A DNA stretch of 64,000 nucleotides from Zygnema circumcarinatum SAG 698-1b (taxonomy: Eukaryota; Plantae; Zygnematophyceae). The notes beneath the pieces are model-generated. The model did not search any database and was not told the DNA's origin. It saw only the letters and a program-made list of their open reading frames with translations. Location of the stretch: assembly GCA_037447605.1 (NCBI GenBank), contig CM074815.1, positions 2,108,001 through 2,172,000 on the forward strand, written 5' to 3'. This document shows, in pieces, positions 24,762 to 38,061 of the stretch. Both the position numbers and the translations under genes were made by a program. Every line of letters starts with the position of its first letter. Positions within the stretch are counted from its first letter, which is position 1.

Positions 24762-27700
24762 ATGTCGCGGTCGTACGCGAACCTGCTGGACCTGTCGGGG
24801 GACGTGCCCATGTTCACGAAGCCGGTGGCGAGGAGGGCCATGCCGCGCTCCATGACCGTGTCGTCGCTCTTCTCGGAAGCGCGGGAGAGGGAGAGGGAGA
24901 GGGAGAGGGAGGGCGAGGCGGCGGACAGCGTTACGTCGGAGGCGCCGTCGTCGCTCTCGCAGGAGCGGCTCATCCTAGTGGCCAACATGCTGCCGCTGCA
25001 CGCGGAGAGGGCGGAGGAGACCTCGGTAGGGAGGGAGGGAAGGACAGAGGGAGGGAGGGAGGGAGAGAGGGAGGGAGGGGGGGAGAGGTGAGAGGGAGGA
25101 GAGGTGGGGGACAAAGAAAAGGGACGGGTTGAGGGAGAGGTAGCAGGAGCGGCAGAGGGAGAGGAAGAGGAAAGATGGAGAAAGAGGGTGGGATTGGTCC
25201 ATATGCTGCTTGACGAGGACCGTTTTTCAGGGGATAAACGTGTGTGTGTTCACGTCATTTGGAGTATTCACTGAGAAGGAGAAAAAAGAGAGAGGGGGAG
25301 AGAGTGTGAGGGTGTGAGAGAAAAAAGAGAGAGAGTGAGGAGAGGAAAGAGAGTGAAAACAAGTTTAAGTTATTGTATCTGTCAAGGGCTGGAGCACGCG
25401 AGGCATCTGCAGAACATATTTTGCATTTTCTCCGCGATGAATTTGATTTGATTTGCTTTTTTTTTATGCACTTTCTGTTTTCCATTTTTTTTTTTTATGC
25501 AACAAACTTGAAGAGATCACATGAGCATATTATTGTCTCACTGACACTGCTTGGTCTTTGATTCAGAGCTGGACGTTCCGATGGAACGAAGATTCCCTGT
25601 TACTTCAAATGAAGCAGGGCTTACAAATGAAGGATGGTGAAGAAATGGACATTCTTTATGTCGGCTCCCTTCCAGTAAGTATGTATATCTTATAGAGAAA
25701 GCTGTCTCTCATTCACAGTTTAAAGCAGTTGTATTACAATGTTAGGACGACGTGTCTGTTTATCTGTTTTTTGTTGTGTCGATTCTGTTTGTGACGTATA
25801 TTTCTGTATCTCTGTAGCATATGTTTTCCCTACTGTGTGGGAGAACTACCGGAGGTGAGAGAGAAAAGACTAGTTAGGCAAAGACAGGGAGAGTGCATAC
25901 GAGAGAACAGGAAACGGGGGGGAGGTAGCATCGAAATGTGCAGATCAGAGCAACTTCAATAAAGTTGCTGGGTACAAAACTGTAAATGTCAAACACGCTA
26001 CCTTTTAGTTTAAAGTATTTCAATTGCACCCCTTTTTTATTGGATCAGGCTGATGTTGCTCCAAGTGAGCAAGACGAAGTGGCGTCAATTTTGCTCGAGA
26101 AGTTCAATTGCGTGCCGACATTTCTCAGCCAAGAGTTGAAAGCAAGGTAAGTTCGAAGGTACCGGTTCACTGGATGCAGGCGATATCCACACCGTTGCAT
26201 CCGTCAAGTTTCTGTCCACAACATTGCATATCTGTTATTAGGAAGTTTTCTGGAACCTTGACACTTTTCAGGAGTCAGCCTGCAGATTTTGTGAGCTTGA
26301 TTTCAACCGCTAGAGAAAACCTTCTTGTTCTCCTCATTCCTATTCCATTTTCTCCTTCTCCTACTCCTCCAACCACTTTCAGAAATCCATTTCTTTTGAC
26401 TGTTACAGGTTTTATCACGGGTTCTGCAAGCAGCAACTTTGGCCTCTTTTCCACTACATGCTTCCTCTGAGTCCGGACCATGGGGGCAGGTTCGATAGAG
26501 GTTTATGGCAGGCCTACGTTTCAGCTAACAAGATTTTTGCAGATAAAGTTATGGAAATTATAAGTCCGGATGACGACTATGTGTGGATCCATGACTACCA
26601 CCTGATGGTCCTTCCAACTTTCCTAAGGAAAAAGTTCCATAAAGTGAGGCTCGGGTTTTTCTTGCACAGGTGAGCATATTGACTTCATAACTTGACGCTT
26701 TCTTCCAAGTCCATGTTCGTAAAATATAATGCATTGGACCGTACATTTACCCCACTTAACTCATTCACACAAACCGCTAAAGATGTTGCTAGTATATTTA
26801 CAGGTGTTTTCGTATTATTCATACTAGCTAATGTGCTTGATGCAGCCCTTTTCCTTCCTCTGAAATCTATCGAACTCTGCCAGTTAGGGACGAGATTTTG
26901 CGAGCGTTACTGAATGCGGATCTCATAGGTTTCCATACGTTTGATTATGCGAGACACTTTCTCTCATGTTGTAGCCGCATGTTGGGGCTAGAATATGAGT
27001 CGAAGCGGGGCTACATAGGGTTAGAGTATTATGGCCGAACCGTGGGAATCAAGATCATGCCAGTCGGGGTACATATGGGACAGCTGGCAGCTGGATTGAA
27101 GCTCGCTGATACTGAGTGGAGAGTGGGAGAGCTTAAGGCTCAGTTTGAAGGGAAGACGATCCTTTTAGGAGTGGACGATATGGACATATTCAAAGGACTA
27201 GGTATGATGCTGAGCTTTGGTTGAAAACCTCCACGTGTTATACACATTCTTTCGAATCACGAAACTCAAGGAACTAAAGCTCCTGACAGCCCTCACCGAC
27301 TTAAGTTCAGCATTCAGTACTGCTGCAGTATTTAAGACTCATGGAAAAATGCTGCACCTTACTGAAAGGAGGGGGAAGAGGGTGGGAAGGAAGAGATCCA
27401 GAATGAGCACTATTCATTTCTATTATAGTCATATCATTCCTCTTCTTATCGTAGGCTGCTTGATTATCTTAATCAGTACCGTTGGGATAATCATTTATCG
27501 GTCATCTAGCAGTAATCTGGTATGGAGCCATTCTGCTTTACCCTCTTGGATTCTCTTGAGCTTGAGATCAGAATACCGTGTTTTCATGCAGGATTGAAAC
27601 TGTTGGCTATGGAGACGATGCTGAGACAAAATCCGGAGTGGGTCGGAAAGGCTGTATTAGTCCAAATAGCCAATCCTGCGCGAGGCCGAGGAAGGGACGT

Positions 27701-30700
27701 GACAGAAGTGCAGGAGGAAGCACACGAAATCACTCGGTAAGAGTCTGACCCGAGAGAGGGGGGGGAGGGCGAGAGTGAGAGAGACAGAGAGAGACAGAGA
27801 GAGTAAGAGCAGAAGAACGAGAGAGTGTTGCGCCACTACGAAAAATAAGAGGTTTCACGTTGGTGTGGGCTAATTGCATTCATGTATAGTTCATGAAGGT
27901 AAGTTTTGCAATTAGCATGGTTCAGGGACGATCTATTGTTTAGTATAAAATGAAAGTCAAAGGGAGAATTTAAGAGTCATGGGTTTTGTACGTGGCCTAT
28001 TAGAATCAGATCTTAAACTGGGATAGGAAAATTAGAGAGGACAGGCCTCTTCAGTTTTGAGCTGCATCAACAATGGTAGAAGACCAGATTTCCATATTAC
28101 ATATGTTCTATATGTCTTGCGTCCATTTATCCGCAGCTGTCATCCACATGTTCCCCTCTCACTCTCCATGCATGATAGTGCAACACATTCAGAATGTGTG
28201 TGTGTGTGTGTTCTCTATACACACACAACCACACAGTTGACATCCATTCTCTATCTTATTCTAACACATTTTCATATGACAGACGAATAAATGAAGAATT
28301 TGGGCGTGAAGGCTATCAGCCCGTGGTGCTTTTGGAACGACATGTACCACTCTATGAGAGAATTGCTTTTTATACTCTAGCAGAGGTCTGTGTTGTAACT
28401 GCTGTACGCGATGGAATGAACCTAATTCCGTACGAGTACATTGTTTGCCGACAAGGAGGGGACCCACAAGCAAGATCAGGAAGCGCTTCACTCTTATCCA
28501 GATCATCAAGCACCTACGGAAGAAGCCCACCAGGATTTGGACTTCTGAAGCAGGAAGACAGAAAGAAGAGCATGTTGGTGGTGTCAGAATTCATCGGTTG
28601 CTCTCCTTCCCTTAGCGGAGCCATTCGAGTGAATCCGTGGAACATTGAGGCTCTAGCAGATGCTCTCAATTCAGCCATCACAATGCCTGATTCTGAACAG
28701 CATCTTCGACATGAGAAGCATTACCGTTACGTCAGTACACATGATGTGGCGTACTGGGCACAGAGCTTCATGAGCGATTTCGAACGCACTTGCAGGTATG
28801 TTAAATTGAAAAACATGTCATCCACAATGTCGACTTCGTCTTCAAATATGAATAGCCCCGAATGAGGAATTGAGCCTCGTTATGATAAAACCTAGCACAT
28901 GCAATCAGTAGTTTTTGCATGCTTTACATGTGCCCCCAATTTCTCCTCACAATACTTTGGTTCATTGTATGCAGAGAACATAGTCGTCTGCGTTGTTATG
29001 GGATAGGTTTCGGCCTCGGGTTTCGAACTGTGGCTCTAGATCCGAATTTCAGGAAGCTGCAAACGGAACACATTGTGAGAGCATATAGACGGAGCAAAAG
29101 CCGAGCCATATTGCTGGATTATGATGGTACTATGATGCCACAGGTAATACTCTTCTCAAGCCTTAGACTCGATAGTTGCATTCATACACATGCATATGTG
29201 CATGCTTTGTTGGTTGAAGCCCATATTGTTTCTTCAGCACTAATTCTGGGAATCGTGATCCATTATCCCATACACAGGCTTCGATCAATAAGACTCCGAG
29301 CGCTGATGTCATCTCGCTTATAAACACGCTCTGCAGCGACCCAAATAATGTTGTCTTCATTGTGAGTGGGAGGGGCCGTGGAACATTGAGCGAGTGGTTC
29401 GGGCAATGCGAGAAACTGGGTTTAGCTGCGGAACATGGCTACTTTTTCAGGTCAGTTTGGTTACTCGATGTATTTAGTCAAACAAAGATTTGGTCGATCC
29501 ATGGCCTCATGTCTATTGCAGAATCGCTTAAAGTTAATGCCGAAAGACTCTGTTAAGAAGTGTCAATGTACTCGATTGATGCGTTTCAGGGTGTTAGCTG
29601 AGCATGAATCGTTTCAGAACAAAAAGCTAAGGGGGGGGGAAAGGAAAGAGGTAACAAAGGAAGATTAACTGAGTAGAATGTGACTCTATCTTATGTTGTA
29701 GGTGGGACGGAAAGTCCGACTGGGAAACAAGTGTTCCGCAAATAGACACTGCATGGAAGGATGCAGCCCTGCCAGTAATGGAGCTATACACAGAGAGTAC
29801 GGACGGGTCGTATATTGAAGCTAAGGAGAGTGCTCTTGTTTGGCATCATCGAGATGCCGATCCTGACTTTGGATCCTGGCAAGCCAAAGAGCTGCTTGAC
29901 CATTTGGAGAGTGTTCTTGCAAGTGAACCTGTGACTGTGAAAAGTGGGCATCATATCGTTGAAGTGAAGCCTCAGGTAAGCCCGAGGGAGGGGAGAAAGG
30001 GAGGAGGGATAATAGTGAATTGGGATGGAGGGGGGGGGCGAGTCCGGCTGGTTGTGGGAGGTAAACAGAGAGAGAGAGGGACGGAGAGATTGAGGACGAT
30101 GGAGAGAGTTTAGAGGTTGAGTGGGAGAGGCGAGGGAGTGGGGGGAGGAGGAGAAGGATAGGGATAGGGATAAGGGATGTTGATGATGGGAAAGAAGACA
30201 GAGGACGAGGGGCAGAACACAAGGTAGGAAGAGGAAGTGGGATGTTTGAAAGAGGCAGAGAGGGAGTGGCGAGGCGTAGTGAGAGAGTGGGCACTTAGTC
30301 AAGTATGAAAGGAATGGGAGGGAGAGGGATGCTGTTTTTAAATCTTCGTTTTGGTGTCCTTCTCCTTGCAGGGTGTAAGCAAAGGCGTAATTGTGGAGCA
30401 GCTCCTATCCAACATGGTTCAGAGTCCCCGAAAGGCGCCCGACATGGTTCTATGTGTAGGGGATGACCGGTCCGATGAAGACATGTTCGAACGCATAGAA
30501 GCCATCATGGCAGCTCCCCCCCAATCGCTTGTTGCCGAGGTTTATGCCTGTACGGTGAGTGCAAAGTACAAGACTTTTGTTTTGCACTTCTGCTCACTAT
30601 GCTCATGGTTGTGTAGCCTTTCTTCAGTTCAACCATTCTTAGCATTCTTAGTATAAGAATGGGTGAAGGCAAGATATAGCTGTCGGTGTTATCTCTCCCG

Positions 30701-31046
30701 TACAAGTTCTCTGGAAGATGTAACAAAAGCAGGTGAAGCACATTGTACGGTTGAAAGTCTCCTCCTTTTTGGCCCTAAAAATTGCGGAAAATTCCAAATT
30801 CGAAACATAAGGTCTCTGGGCTTTGAATAGTAACTTGCGGTTTTGGGCTGTCCTTCGAGTGAGCAGGTGGGCCAGAAACCGAGCAAAGCGAAGTACTATT
30901 TGGATGATACTGTGGAGGTTATGAAGATGATTCAAGGCCTGGCCAATGCAACTGTTGTCGAAAAGATAAGCGGAGCTCAGTCGATAGAGTCAGAGGAGTC
31001 GATCTCAGCCGTGGATGACGGAATGGAATCAGACTTAGCATCTTGA
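24762..31046 (+). CDS. TPS: Class II trehalose-6-phosphate synthase/phosphatase (TPS5-11-like), 12 exons
   Basis: Exons 24762-25025, 25567-~25674, 26049-26146, 26409-26669, 26846-27201, 27592-27736, 28283-28795, 28975-29143, 29278-29450, 29702-29975, 30372-30554 and 30867-31046, all GT-AG. Class II N-terminus MSRSYANLLDL; FYHGFCKQQLWPLFHY; WIHDYHLMVLPTFLR; VSEFIGCSPSLSGAIRVNPWN; HAD motifs LDYDGT and GDDRSDEDMF. Confidence 0.96.
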
Positions 31047-32796
31047 GATGAGAGGGAGAGGTGAGAGAGTTTTGTCAGCTGGATGCCTCCTCTCAGCTCC
31101 TCCTCTCCTCTCAACGTGTATTTTTCCTCTTTGTCTCTCAAGATAGGATGGAGGATGCCTTGGAAGTTTCTCAATTCATGAAGGCGCGGTATTCTCTGGA
31201 CGGGTGAAATTTGATGCCCTTCGTGGAAAACTGCTGAATTAGGGGTTCAAGGTTTGGCAAGTTTCTGAATCTGCGTATAGCTGTTTCCTGTTGTATCCTT
31301 ACCTCGTTTTGGGGTTACTTTTGAACTCCTCACTTTGTGTGTCATAACGCAGATATCCTGTCGACATTAGATCTTAATTAGGTCAAAGAAACTACATATG
31401 TACGAGAAGTGTGCGTGGGGGAGAGGGAGGGGGGGTAGAGGTGAGGGGTGGGTGAGGCACTGGGAGTGATGGCCGCTCCTGTAAGTAGGGAAGTCGAAGT
31501 TTTGTCTGCTCTGGAAATTGGGTTACGAATGTCAGAGACAGGCGCTGGGAGAGGATCACAAGATCATTCTCATGTACGGTTTGCTGAGTGGCGGCGCACC
31601 CTTCTCAACCGCCTCTGATGTAAGACCCCATCCTCGCCCCACACTCCTGCCGAGCTTCTTTATCTCCCACTCTTACCTCCCACCCCCTCCCCCCCCCTCC
31701 CCCCCCCTCTCTCTCTCTCCCTCTCTCTCTTTCTCACTCCCTCCCCCTCCCTCTCTCCCCATCTCCCTCGTTTTGAGCTTCACGTTTGCATTTCGAGTGA
31801 CTCTCCTCCTTGCGTTTTGTCTCTACTTGTTTGGAATCACCACTCGCCCAAAAAACCGTAATTCTGTCACTGGAGGGACCTTTAGGCAGATGAGACGTCC
31901 TTACCACTTAGGCATCCCAAGTGGCTTGAAAGGAACTGCTATGCCTGGTGTTTCCACAACTTAAACTCTTCTCAGGCGTCCGCCTAAAGTGAAACATTGC
32001 CCTCGAGTGTTCATATCAGAACTGGTTCTGATGGTGCTGTGGCAGGGATTTTCAGTCAACTAGGTCTTCAATTCTCCCCCCCCTTCCTCCCCCAACTTCG
32101 CCTCGGATCCATCCATGGCTGCCGCCTCTGTATGAAACCCTCTGTGGCAAGGTCCGATCTGCAAGGCAATTTCAGAGGCTACAATTTGGATTTTTTCTGA
32201 GAGTAAAATGCGCAGATTTTCCTGAGAGTAACTTCATTTTCTTTTCTTGAAGAATCCAGTAGAGTTGGTTTGTTGGTTCTGAGTGTACCATTGTTTGCGT
32301 GTGCTTCCGCGAGGGAGCTGTGAAGCTTGTTTGGCATACATGTCTATCTCCTTCGTATCGGTCCTCCCCAATGTCAACTGCAAACACGTATATCGTGGAA
32401 AGGGGCTGATAGGATCCCCAGTTGTTCACGTGGTGCTCACGTGTCCCTTTGTGCGAATCATCTGTTGTCACGTGTCAGTAGTGGGCACTTTGAGCACGGG
32501 CAGCGACACGTGGTGCGAACATTCGGACGGTGTCGCTGTTGGTATAGCGTTGGCGGTTTAAATGAGCATTTTTATGCGTGTTGAGTACTGTGTCAGCCGT
32601 TGGCCTCAAGTGCAAACCTTTTCGCACAAGGGTACAAGGGGTGGATGCCGTCGGCCAAATGGAGTAAGAGTCGAGGTAATTGTGGTATTCTGTGAAGATT
32701 TTTTTTCATTCCTTTTTGGTCCTATTTCGTACAGGTGCTCTACACCTGTCAGCAATATAATCAAATAAAAAACTATCTTGAATGGGAGGAGAAAAT

Positions 32797-32990
32797 GGCA
32801 TAGATCTCACGATGGCGAGGCCATCGACTGTACATTGATCTCACGATGGCGAGGCCATCGACTGTACATTGATCTCACGATGGCTAGGCCATCGAATGTA
32901 CATGGACAAAAACAGCATGGGGAACCACGAGGGACTGGTCGCAAAGGACCTAAGCACAAAAGAAAGAAGCTAAGAGCGGAAAACTACACC
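32797..32990 (+). repeat. Dispersed repeat family, copy B, with a triplicated 34-bp hairpin unit
   Basis: GATCTCACGATGGCGAGGCCATCGACTGTACATT starts at 32803, 32837 and 32871 (third copy has 3 substitutions), followed by the shared tail GGACAAAAACAGCATGGGGAACCACG...GCAAAGGACCT. Confidence 0.9.
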
Positions 32991-33260
32991 TAAGCGCAAC
33001 AACTATCTGAACTGATTTTTATTTTGTTCAATGAGAATCACTCGACCACCAATACTACTTTACCCTTCACAGTCTATCCTCGCATTGCAAACGAGTCCAA
33101 GACCTGGTTGACTGCTCTATTCGCAGCACAGCACACAATGACACAAATCTCACTTAACCCTAAAAATCCAAACCCTAAAACCTTGAACCTTCAGAACCTC
33201 CACAAAGCGCATAGCACGCATAGCATCCCATGCTTGCGGGACATGCCATCAATCCACCCA

Positions 33261-34597
33261 TCATATCTTCGATGTGGGGGGGATGCCAATGTGAAAGTCG
33301 ACAAACGCAGAGCTCTCTACGATGGGGTAGACCGTCTCCTTCATGACCCTCATATGGTCAGGATGCGTGGCATATACTTTCAAGTCCTCTAATGTTTTAT
33401 GAGTAGAAAGGAATCCCCAATTATGCCCCTTTGATCTTGCAGGGGCAAAGTTGGGCCCTACAGTGACTTGAGATACTCCCGGAATGCCCCCCTCGTGCCC
33501 TCTCAGCCCCTCCACCATGGCCCTAATGGCGCCCTCCTCGGTGCCCTCCTTGATCTTCATCATCGCTGAGTGGATCACCTCCACGCCCGGGTCCACCGTG
33601 GGAGAGGTCAATTCCACCTCCCAATCCACTGCCATCAGGTCTTCCATGATGGGTTTACACAGTTCCACCACAACAGTAACATGCTCCTTGGAGTCGGAGT
33701 ATTGCTTGAGAGCTTCCTGACTCGCGTAACGGCCGTAAAGCGCATGGGTCCACCCTCCGTTGTCTACGCCTGGAACGGGAATGTGTTGGCCCACATGGAG
33801 CTGCATAACGCTATCGAGCGATTCAAGAGAACGGAGTCCTGATACGAAGGCGGCGACTTTCTCAGGAGGAGTGTCCGCCTTCACCTGCAGAACTTGTTCA
33901 ATCACATGAAATCAGAGCCCCAATGAAGCTTCTCAGAAGCTGTAATTACTCAAGGAATCAAAGCCACATAGAAAGATAATCCTATAAAACTTCCATTGTT
34001 CGAATTTCACATTCTGGTATATGGGAACTCTAAAGACACACCTTCTCCCTTCTCCTCTCCCTCTCCCTCTCCCTCTCCACCTCCCCTCCCTTTTCCCAAC
34101 TCTGCTCTCCTCTCTCGCCCTCTCAACACCTTCTACTTCACCCTTCCCATTTCCCCGTCCTAATCCTGCCCCTGTTGAATGTGCTTGAGGATCTAATGGT
34201 TGATGGAATTTCCGATCCATAAAATTAGTTTTAGGGTTTTCAGCTGACCCATCTGTCTTTATACCGAATGCAGGCTCATGCTAATTTACTCTATTTGTAG
34301 GTTAAAAGAGCCTTGGAATAAATTTACCTTAAAATACACGATGTGTTCAACAACCTTGGTCGCCATACTCTCTCCTGCTGCTGCTCTCACAATAAGAGAG
34401 CGCTGCTCCTGACTGCTATTCGTAACAGCTCCGTAAATTTTTCGCGCAGGAAATGATGAAAACTTCAGGTGCCCTAAGCGGCTGCTGGCAGCAAAAAAAA
34501 GTGCTGTCGCAGACAACAAATAAAAGTAGCGGTTGTTGCAAACTTCACACTTCAACTCGGGTTTTCCGCGGATATTGAGAGTAAGTCCTGCAAGCAT
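33261..34597 (-). CDS. Stress-responsive alpha/beta barrel (Dabb) protein with two barrel repeats, ~297 aa
   Basis: Exons 34597-34328 and 33884-33261 (GT-AG, phase 0). Barrel 1: VVEHIVYFKVK...WTHALYGRYASQEALKQYSDSKEH. Barrel 2: VIHSAMMKIK...GPNFAPARSKGHNWGFLSTHKTLEDLKVYATHPDH. C-terminus is SKI. Confidence 0.9.
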
Positions 34598-36834
34598 TTC
34601 TAAAAGATGTTATTCTAAACGGTCTTTAGGAGCAGTGAAAGAGAATATAAGTCATTATCAGGAAGAAAATCAAACATTGGGTGGGCGTTACTAACGAATA
34701 TTACAGCCGGTTTGGACTTCAAAGGAAAGCAAACAACTCAGAAAGACTATGCAACCACGTTTCTTTTATCTTTATGATGACCTTCATGTTTTCTACATCT
34801 CTTTTCTTCATCGATTTACTTCACCATTTATCTTCATTTGTTCTCGCCATTGGCACCGCGAGTCAAGCCGATCACAAGTCCATCAAGAAAGAAAGCCTCA
34901 AGTACATTCTCTGGAGAGAAAAATGGTTTCCAAAAGGCAAATACTGCAAGAGACAAAGCGAGAGAGCGAACAAGAAGCCCCATTCATATTCTGTTCTTTG
35001 TAAAATCAATTCGAGCTCTCTTAAGAAAGACAGATCTGAACCCCAAATACCCAAACCCCAAAAGCCAAAAAACCAATACTCAAAAGCCCAACCCGAGACC
35101 CTAAAAGCGGCGCAGGAGCTGACCCCGCCGAGCGAGCGAAGAAGAGGGAAGGGCCGCCACTGAGGGGGCGAGGGCGGCGATGGGCATCCTCCGCCTCAGT
35201 GCGCGCGGGCGGAGAGAGAGGGCGAGGGAGAGGGAGCGGGAGAGGGGGGGGGGGGAGGGGGAGAGGGACTGTGAGAGAAGGAAGAGGAAGCGGGAGGGAG
35301 TGGGAGAGAGAGAGATAGGTGAGATTCCGAGAAGCAAGTACCGTTCGACGCTCTGCGTCCCTTGCATTTGTGGCCTGCGGGAGGCAACGCGCTGATGTAC
35401 TGAACTGAACTGCGTGCGAGGGAATTTCCCACATTGACTTCTACAGAGAACGCAGTGCGTGTGGGGTGGAAGAGTTTGGGTGACCTCGTTTTGTTCGTTC
35501 TGAGAGGGCTTTTGGGTTGCGATGGGACTTGGGAGTTGGGAGCGTCTCGCTGCCATGAAGTGTGGTGGTAAGTAAGGCTGCTCAATGTCTAAGCAATACC
35601 ACAAAAGAAAAAGGAACAATGGGAGCATCAGTGAATCCCTTATAGAGTGCAACAAACATTTGCCTGAATTATAATGCTCACAAAACAACCAAGGTCCAAG
35701 AGCCTTTGAAGCACCCCAACACGCGCAATGCGGCATGCATGCATGAGACCACATTGCAACATTGCACCAACTATGCACAAAATTTGGCGCGTCAACGACC
35801 ATGAGATGGTACGAAAGTCTTCCCAACAAGGAGACCTCCATTTTTCAACAAAAACATGGCACAAAAGACAAAGTAAACGATTCAGACACCTTAGATTCTT
35901 ATTTTAAAAGTTTTCTAACTCTCAACTCTTACAGTGGCCGTATTTTACTCGTGGTTTCCCAGACGCGCTCCTCCGTGGGAGGGAAAACAGTGAGCGGGCG
36001 GACTCGGCGTGCGATCTATGGAGGCCCCCGTCCAATGGCGACACGCCACGTCATAAACTAGTACACGTGACCACCTTCCATTGGATAAAATGACGAATTT
36101 CGTACGCCACGTCAGCAAACTGATCGTGGACAGTAGCGGGTAACCGTAACAGCCGTAACGGGGAGATTAAAAACTGGAACTGACATTGCGCCATAGAGCA
36201 TGGAACATGGAGCGGCCTCCCTAGTGGTTTCGCCTTGCTGCCCTTTAAAGGAAGAAGGTTTGGCTTCCCCTTGTTCAGCGTAGTCATAATTAGTTTCCTT
36301 TTGCTGAATTGAGTGTAGTTTTACTTTGGCTGCCTGCAGTTTGTTTCCTCAATCTTTTTTTTCTATTTTCAATTGAGTCGATTTGCAGGGTCCCGTTGCC
36401 ATGTGAAGGTGGGCGTCTTGTGCCCCGTTAGCACCATGATCAGGTGTGAATCCAATGGCCCGATCTCGTCCACGTGTAATGAATCGGACGGCTGATAGGT
36501 GTTTCCCGATACGATACGATACGATACGTACACAGCAGTGAAGTGCAACAGTAGGCCTCAATGCTCCTCCCTCGTCTCTCTCAATGCAACTAAAACTCAA
36601 TCGGAAGTTCCATGCTCCAAACATGACATTGTACACAAGCCTTAGACAAATTAGGGCCAACGACTTCCACAACAACATGAATCACGAGGTCGAGTAAACC
36701 ATTGATTGTAAGAATCAATCTTCTTTCAGTTCTTCCAGGGGACTAGCCAAGCCACATGCACCCACCCACCCACCCACCCATCCGGGCAGGCCCCTCCCTC
36801 CCTCCCTCCCTCCCTCCCTCGCAGGGCCCCTCCC

Positions 36835-37684
36835 TCACCTTCTCCTCCTGTTGGCCAATCGGCTCTGCTCGTTCCTCCATTGAAAGTAAAGGATGCCGAC
36901 TTGCCATAGAACGCCGTTAGCCACAGCTGGGACTAGAACGCGCAGCCAACTGACATAGAACGGCGCCGGGAGTTTCACAAGGGTGAACAAAATGGCGATG
37001 ACCCCGAGCTGCATGGGAGAGGGGGAGGCCGCCTGCGCAGGGAGGAAGGGACAGGGGACGAATAGATTCAACTTTTTATTACCTATTTTTTGAATCTTGC
37101 CTCGGTCGTCAACGTGCTCAGACACACATAGATCAATGAAATAATACCTAGTGAAGAAATTGCAAAAAAAAGAGTTCAATAGATGAACAATATACAAATG
37201 AACAACTACAAGTCCTCACCTTCGCCTGCCACCCCCTCGCCAGGCCCAGCCCCCCCACAAGCCCCGCGAGAACAAGCGCCATCTGCCCGTCGCGCCACGC
37301 AAACCCTAATTCTGCCACTGTTACGGCGAACAGAAACGGAACTAAAACCCACTTCGAGCCTTCCCATGTGAGCTGCAACAGCCTTTCTGCGAAACGACCA
37401 AAAAATTGGCTCCATGGAAACAGTTTAACGGAAACCGGTGCCCTTTCCCATGCAGTCTCTCCCCATCCTGGCTCCGACGCGGAGCTCACGGAGCCGGAAA
37501 GCTCTCTCTCTCCCTCTCCCCCCCTCTCTCTCCCCGCTCTTTCTCCTCCCTCCTCCCTCTCCTCTGCCGCTTCACTGAAGCTGGAGGAGGAAGCCGCTCG
37601 CACTGTCAGCCATGGCTGCCGGCAGCACCTCGACGAGAGGACGAAGTTTCTGGGAAGCTGCGGCACGCTCCTCCTGCTTGACAC
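36835..37684 (-). CDS. Probable plastid-targeted membrane protein (~220 aa), possibly EMB1273-like
   Basis: Exons 37684-37220 and 37032-36835 join in frame (AAG|GTGAGG ... CAG|GCG). Ser/Arg-rich transit-like N-terminus ending VRAASS; 3-4 hydrophobic segments; LVKLPAPFYVSW...ANG block. Family call is from memory and tentative. Confidence 0.6.
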
Positions 37685-38061
37685 CTGGCATCATTCAGCT
37701 CTATGTAAGAATCTAAAACAAATTTTGAACTGTCAGCGTATCGGAAGTGCACGGAATTCGGTCGAGGTTCAAAACCCTAATTAAACAACAAAACCTCCAA
37801 AAACCCATCTCTAACAAACCTAAAAAATCCCTACAAAAACCTTAGAAAATGCAAAAGCTCCTCGAGACGAAACCCAGCATCCCAAAACCTTCAACCCTAA
37901 AAAACTCAAATTCTGAAGCCGAGGGCTTCCAGGGTCTTTTAAGGCTTCAGTTCTGGGGTTAGCGGCCAATCCAGACCCGGCACCTGGCAGCAGAGAGATG
38001 GCGAGCTCCGCTGCACCATGGCGGCTGTCATGTCCGCGACGCGAGCTGCAGCCATGGCTGC

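Noticed and set aside
32803-32904. CRISPR-like array (34-bp palindromic repeat x3)
   Set aside because: The units are directly adjacent with no spacers, there are no cas genes, the context is eukaryotic, and the unit is the head of a dispersed repeat.
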